Source: Perkinsus chesapeaki ATCC PRA-425 (Eukaryota > Protista > Perkinsozoa). From it: a stretch of DNA of 64,000 nucleotides. The translations under genes were made by a program, and so were the position numbers. The notes under the pieces are model-generated. The model had not been told where the DNA came from. It made no database searches and worked only from the letters and a program-made list of their open reading frames with translations. Of the stretch, positions 58,733 to 64,000 are shown piece after piece. The stretch's first letter is position 1, and every line of letters begins with the position of its first letter. Location: the NCBI GenBank assembly GCA_013115145.1, contig JAAPAO010000107.1, forward strand, positions 11,953 to 75,952. The letters are read 5' to 3'.

Positions 58733-59847
58733 ATGAGGTTCTTTGTATTATGTCTGGTGGCTTTGTCCAACCTCCTTCTATCAGCTGTCAGAGTCCCAAC
58801 AGCCAAGCTAAATCAGTATGTTGATAAAGTCCATCAGGCTTGGATAGACACCTATAAGAAGCAGAACCCTAGAAACCCTCAGCGTATAAAACTAGAGCTG
58901 AAGAATACTAGAGGCCAAGTGAAGTGGGTGAATCCAGGGGATACTGTCTCAGGTTACAGTCCCACTGGAAAGAGGATTGACCTTGTTCAAGTAAGCCACA
59001 CCCGGTATGAACCCCGTATTTTTCCGGTCAGACGAAGGGATCAGCTTTACCCGCTCAATTTAAAGAAGCTATTGAAAATACTGGCCGCCTTCTGTACATG
59101 GTCATGCGTCAACCTACTGCAGAAGTGAGTCGTGATTTTTTCTGACCCCCTGAAACTACTTAGACTTCATTCGCCAGTAGTTCGTAGAGCAACCAGGAGC
59201 AAAAATCATCACGATCTGCTTTCTTCCTCCCGGTGGTTCAAGATGCTGTTCATTTCCCTGTGCAGGTGTATGCTAACCTGATGCATGAAAGACGGCTGAG
59301 AAATAACCCTGGGCTCAAGACAACCCAACCCAGGCTCTTCGTGAACTATGAGAAGCTCACCGAGAAGCAGAAGATAGAAGCTCGCAGCCTTGTCACTGCG
59401 CGCGTGCGTGCCGCTCTCGCACGTCAACCTATTGCAGAAGTAAGACGTCGTGTATTTCTCGCAGCCTCTGGAACGACTTGAGAGATGAGCTTCAACCAAC
59501 CTAGAGTTCTTTTTACAACAAGAGGGTAAATCTATCACGATGTGTGAAGATTTCTCCTGAGTATTGTTATCACGGATGTGATATAGCGTGTAGTTGACGA
59601 AGTTTACGCCTTCTCCAGTCGGGCTGGATTAGAGGAGTGTGATCTGTTTGATCTCTTGGTGGTTTGAGATGATCTTTATTTCCCTTTGCAGGTTTATGCC
59701 AGCCTAGTTCATGAAAGATGGATGAGAGCGAATCCTTGGATGCACCAATCTCAACCTGAACTCTTCGTGGACTATGAGAAACTCACCGAGTTGGAGAAGG
59801 ATAAAGATCGTCATTTTGTTGATGTCGCTAAAGCCTTATTCAAGTAG
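58733..59847 (+). CDS. Secreted ~226-aa protein with RyR-like repeats, four exons
   Basis: Exons 58733-58990, 59032-59124, 59266-59439 and 59692-59847 all join in phase 0. Signal peptide MRFFVLCLVALSNLLLSA; repeats VH..W...P.LFV.YEKL.E.EK..DR. Confidence 0.7.
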
Positions 59848-60931
59848 ACACTTCGCGCTTGTTATATAGGCTAGTGGCTAATCTTGGTAACGATTCTTGA
59901 GTAATCATGAATCGATTACAGTAGAAGATGCGTTTGATTATTTCAACGCAACTTGCGTTACGCAAGTCACGCCATGGTTAGTCGGGATCTTGAAGTTACC
60001 CGAGTCCATGATGTTGATAATACTCTTAAGCTTTTTTGAGGACTTTTGTAACGACCTCTACTTGCTTTTCTTCCCCGATCATCGGTTTTGGGTTCTCTGA
60101 GTATTTCATCACACTATCGGAGCGAGACTACTTTACTGCTAAATTAGCAGTGCTAATAGACTATTGGCAGTAGTGCAACACATCATTACACCGTCCGGTA
60201 ATGAGAAGTAGTGCAAGACCATCCATGTCGCCGAAACCTTCTCATGTTGGAGGTTAAAATTTAACCGTTACATGAGAGTCTCAACTTGCGACGTTCGCTC
60301 TCGCCTTTCTTACGTTTTGTCAAGTCTTGCAGTGAGGCGCCCTTATAGAGCATTCTTCAGGAAAACGAGGTGAAAGGCCCTGGCCTCTTCGACCTATGAT
60401 GAAGGAAATAGGAGTACGCTTTGGGAAGCTTCACTCTCACGGGATCTTCGTACCCGCTGGTCGATTTGACGGTCTCTCGTAGCATTTTATATGGAGAATG
60501 TTGGAGAAGGAACCAGCCCGAAGGATGGCATATCTTTGGCTGTTCAATTGCTAGGTACGGATAGTGACTATCCGATAGTCTTATTAAAAGAAGGAGTCTG
60601 CTTTAATTGGCACCAGGAGTGACAAGAAGTAAGCCACGGTCGTCGAACGCCAGTATGACGTAGTGCTGATTCTCAGGTATTTTACCCGCATACAATGAAA
60701 CATGTGGCCTAGTGCATGACTGGTCGGAGGTTCTTCAAGTTTGATATTTTCAGATAAGATTCACTAGTTTCCGAATCCTGAATGGGTTCCAATCGTATGG
60801 AAACTTGTTAAACAAAACAGACTTGAACGATCAAGACATCGCGTGAATGCGAATGTCAGGCCTAAAAATGCCGAATGATTCGACAAGGACCGTGGAATAA
60901 TCAACATTCTCAGATCGACCTACGACTCATG

Positions 60932-61402
60932 TCAGCACGGGAATGGCTCATCGATCTTGCCAGTGAAGGGCGAGAGCGCCATGTTCCCCGAAGGGCCACC
61001 AAAAATCAGCTTACCACTTGCATCGTCGCAGAAGAATATGGCGCTTGGTTCACCAGACTGAACAAACTCGATATCGTAGAGATCTTTCAGGACGCGCAGG
61101 ATCTGGAGCCCTTTAATCTCGCAACCTACAGTAATATACCCTTCCTTGTCGACAGTAAAGCGAACGTCATTAGCCCAGTTGAAGATCCCTTTGCTACCAG
61201 ACCTTACGGTGACGTTGAACGTCTGATTGTTCACAGGGTACATGGCGACGCTCATCATGAAGTACGAGTCATCATAGGGCCAAACCTCACTATCACTCTC
61301 TCCGCAAAAGACAATCTTTTCAGGAGGCGAGAACGGGTTATAGGGTACACCGAGCGATTCGTTGAACAACAGCAAAATAGCAGATAACTTGAGAGACATC
61401 AT
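60932..61402 (-). CDS. Small secreted hypothetical protein (156 aa)
   Basis: MMSLKLSAILLLFNESLG is signal-like, followed by a beta-rich body with three Cys. Intronless. Confidence 0.5.
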   Translation of the reverse strand: MMSLKLSAILLLFNESLGVPYNPFSPPEKIVFCGESDSEVWPYDDSYFMMSVAMYPVNNQTFNVTVRSGSKGIFNWANDVRFTVDKEGYITVGCEIKGLQILRVLKDLYDIEFVQSGEPSAIFFCDDASGKLIFGGPSGNMALSPFTGKIDEPFPC

Positions 61403-62554
61403 ATTGCTCCAACTTGGAGGGGGCTGAGGTGGAAACTTAACTGCTGAAAACACATCAGGAATATTGACGCTATAGGCGTGAGAGCAAGCCACAAGTTGGG
61501 CTACCATTTCACTCGACAAAGGCTTCTTATACGGGCTCTATGAGAGCGCAAACCATCAAGTTGGCTCAGCAGAGCTCATACCAGACATTTAGGATCGTTG
61601 TTGTCACTCAGCGGCTTCCCCTCACAAATACACTGTGGTGCTAAGCTTTGTTACGGATGTGCAACTTTTCTCGTCCGCCCGTGACTGTCTACATGAAGGT
61701 AACGTCGTGCAAACCACATAAGTTCGATGTATCCGTAATGCGCGGATTCACTTTGTTGCCCACCAGGGATTCCGCTTGACGGCACTAGAACGCGAGATAT
61801 GAAAAGGAGGAAGCAAAAACGCTTACAATCGTTACTACACTAATTCGCCAATGCTCGATATATCCGAGACATTGTATCCAGATCACTTGTAGGTTTAGGT
61901 CTGCCGCCGTCTATCATTCAGATTCTTAACCCGTAACTCAGTATTCTCGTATTTACAACTCAACTCTGGTTCGGTTAGTCCTGTCCTGATATAGTCTCCA
62001 GGACACAACAGTCTGGGCAGTCATTGCCCCCTACAAGTAGACAAGTAGACAGCTATGCTGTCACACTTCTGTACGGCGTACAGTTGCGTGTAAGAGGGTA
62101 GTAACCCAACATTTAATGTTGAACATTAGTCTCCACACATCGGTGTGAGAGGTATCTGTCGTCTACTTATCTCGACTCTTTACATCCGATCTTCCCTTGC
62201 GTTATACCAGTACTGGGATAGTCGCGTAATATGTGTATCATGACTGCTGTTTGAGTACTTTCCCGTGAGCTTCCACCTCAAACCAGAACCTATGCCGCAG
62301 CGTACTCCTCCCGGAGGAGTCCTCCGGAGTTTTTGCCACCCAGCGGTTTTTCATTGCTAAGACGTGTGAGGCCACCAATTGCAACGCCCAGTAGCATTTT
62401 AACTCTCCATCCGTAGCACGCCGCATGGACTTGGTTTTGTCTACAGTGGGCACAAGGAGGCTACAAATAACTACGAGTAGGCGCGAGTAGGCACTACTCG
62501 CGTGGTAGCCTAGGTGTGCTGCGGCCGCAGCAACTGCCTTTTAAAATTTTTCGA

Positions 62555-63149
62555 GTGTACGGAATGAAAGTGTACGAAATATGCTTGTGTGAAAAAAGTG
62601 TGGATTGAGATTTTGGTGTATGAGATTGGGGTGAACGGAATGAAAGTGTACGAACTTTTAGTGTACTGAATGCAAGTGTACCGAGCTCTGAATAGGAGCG
62701 AACGAGCTGATTGTGTACGTGTTTCAAGCAATCGAGTTGAGTATGAACGTGATTTATGGAGATTGAACATTAAGTGTACGTGTTTTATGTGTACCAATCG
62801 TTAACATCCCAAGTTTGCCAGTTATGTCGCCTCTGGGAATTGAACGCTCAACCTTTGGATTAACGAACTAGTGATCTCCCTACTGAACTGGAAAAAATGC
62901 GCATGAGTGTACGAGCCATCGGGTGTACGAGTTCGAGGATTACGAAACCAAACTGAACCAAATCTTCGTGTACGACACTCATATGAACGAAATTTTTGTG
63001 TACTACTTGGCCCTGAACCTATTCTTGATGTATCACATTTTGTCGACAGAGATTTGAGTGTACGGGAATTTGGTGTACCAGTTGAAGCCTTCAACTTGAA
63101 GGTCAAAAATCCCGTGTACGAGTATCATGTGTACGTAATTTATGTGTAC
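62555..63149. repeat. Degenerate 15-bp-period array built on GTGTAC
   Basis: GTGTAC occurs at 62555, 62570, 62646, 62661, 62676, 62713, 62774, 62789, 62907, 62923, 62968, 62998, 63058, 63073, 63114, 63129 and 63144. Variants (gtgaac, atgaac, ctgaac) fill the 15-bp grid. Confidence 0.85.
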
Positions 63150-63624
63150 CAATCGTTATACACCCCGGTCTGACACCTCTAGCCTCACAGACTCACCCCT
63201 CCGCACAGACCAGAACAAGAGAAGTCATAGGCGGGATCTAGACAGCTTCGCTCTCGGACTGAACGGCAAGCTAATCCGGGTCCCTCAGGACATGCCCGAG
63301 CCCGAATTGAACCTCATCCTCACACTAACCGTTTGAAAAAGAGGGAGAAACTGTTGTGTTAATACATGCGTTGTCCCGCTCACATGCAAAGGAATTATCA
63401 ATTTTCTCACTCTAAAAATGCAGCTACATACAAAGAACATCCAATATTTGTGCAGTCGCACGTTGCCGGCTGGAAGTCCGTGAAGTACTTTGCCTTCAGC
63501 ATTTAAAGTCCTGAAACGGCCGCTGGCGCGTGCAAACTTTCATATTAGAAGGAACCCGGCGTTTCCCTCAGAAATTAGGAGTGTTGGTGGTTTTTGACAG
63601 GAAAAAGCCCTTGCAAACCTTAAG

Positions 63625-63766
63625 TTACAATCCTACTCCCGTTACAATCGAACCCCCGTTACAATCCACACCCAGCTTAAAATCCACACCCCGTTTACAA
63701 TCCACACCCGGCTTAAAATCCACACCCCGCTTACAATCCACACTCCCGTTACAATCCAATTCCCAA
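63625..63766. repeat. 17/18-bp tandem repeat (8 copies, ttaMaatccacaccc..)
   Basis: Units start at 63625, 63642, 63659, 63677, 63695, 63713, 63731 and 63749. Confidence 0.9.
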
Positions 63767-63780
63767 AGCCAAGAAAAAAA

Positions 63781-63860
63781 CCCCGATTGCCCGATAATAA
63801 CCCTGATTGCCCGATAATAACCCTGATTGCCCGATAATAACCCTGATTGCCCGATAATAA
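63781..63860. repeat. 20-bp tandem repeat, 4 copies (ccctgattgcccgataataa)
   Basis: Direct reading; one substitution in copy 1. Confidence 0.95.
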
Positions 63861-63882
63861 CCTCGATACAGGTAACCCCCGA

Positions 63883-64000
63883 ACACCCGAACTGTTATAA
63901 AGGTAAACCCGAAACCCGAACTGTTATAAAGGTAAACCAGAAACCCGAACTGTTATAAAGGTAAACCAGAAACCCGAACTGTTATAAAGGTAAACCAGAA
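63883..64000. repeat. 29-bp tandem repeat, at least 4 copies (aaacccgaactgttataaaggtaaaccag), runs off the window
   Basis: Units start at 63883, 63912, 63941 and 63970. Confidence 0.95.

Noticed and set aside
58991-59128. C-terminus of the 145-aa ORF in the ORF track
   Set aside because: It reads through a 41-nt GT-AG intron; the spliced frame yields the RyR-like repeats.
60875-61387. 170-aa plus-strand ORF
   Set aside because: Antisense to an ORF with a signal peptide and has no motif of its own.
63883-64000. True telomere
   Set aside because: The unit is 29 bp rather than a simple 6-7-mer, and the strand orientation is wrong for a right chromosome end.
1-64000. tRNA, rRNA or SL RNA genes
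   Set aside because: No cloverleaf, rRNA or complete leader sequence recognised by eye; a tRNAscan or Infernal run would be needed to exclude them.

Overview
This is eukaryotic protist DNA with many short GT-AG introns. Gene content and style are most consistent with a Perkinsus-like alveolate (inference). Left to right, the genes are: a multi-exon kinesin-II accessory subunit (KAP3); three tandem intronless 2-TM RING-H2 ligases; a cyclic-nucleotide phosphodiesterase with an N-terminal RIIa/Dpy-30-like domain; a Tudor-tail hypothetical protein; an IKS1-like kinase; a HEAT-like protein; a multi-TM RING-H2 ligase; a dispersed family of five intact and one truncated intronless secreted subtilisins with no recognisable propeptide; a TMTC O-mannosyltransferase; a UbiA/MenA prenyltransferase; and a SMYD-type SET protein. 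At 53763-58689 is a complete, very young LTR retrotransposon with identical 153-bp LTRs, a GGTG target-site duplication, a PBS, a PPT, a -1 frameshift signal and one in-frame TGA. Its RT/RNase H looks BEL/Pao-like, while its Gag, protease and integrase look Ty3/gypsy-like. It sits just upstream of a small secreted protein built from RyR-like repeats. The right end carries a 15-bp-periodic GTGTAC array and three stacked tandem repeats. Exon boundaries were read by eye and no database searches were run.
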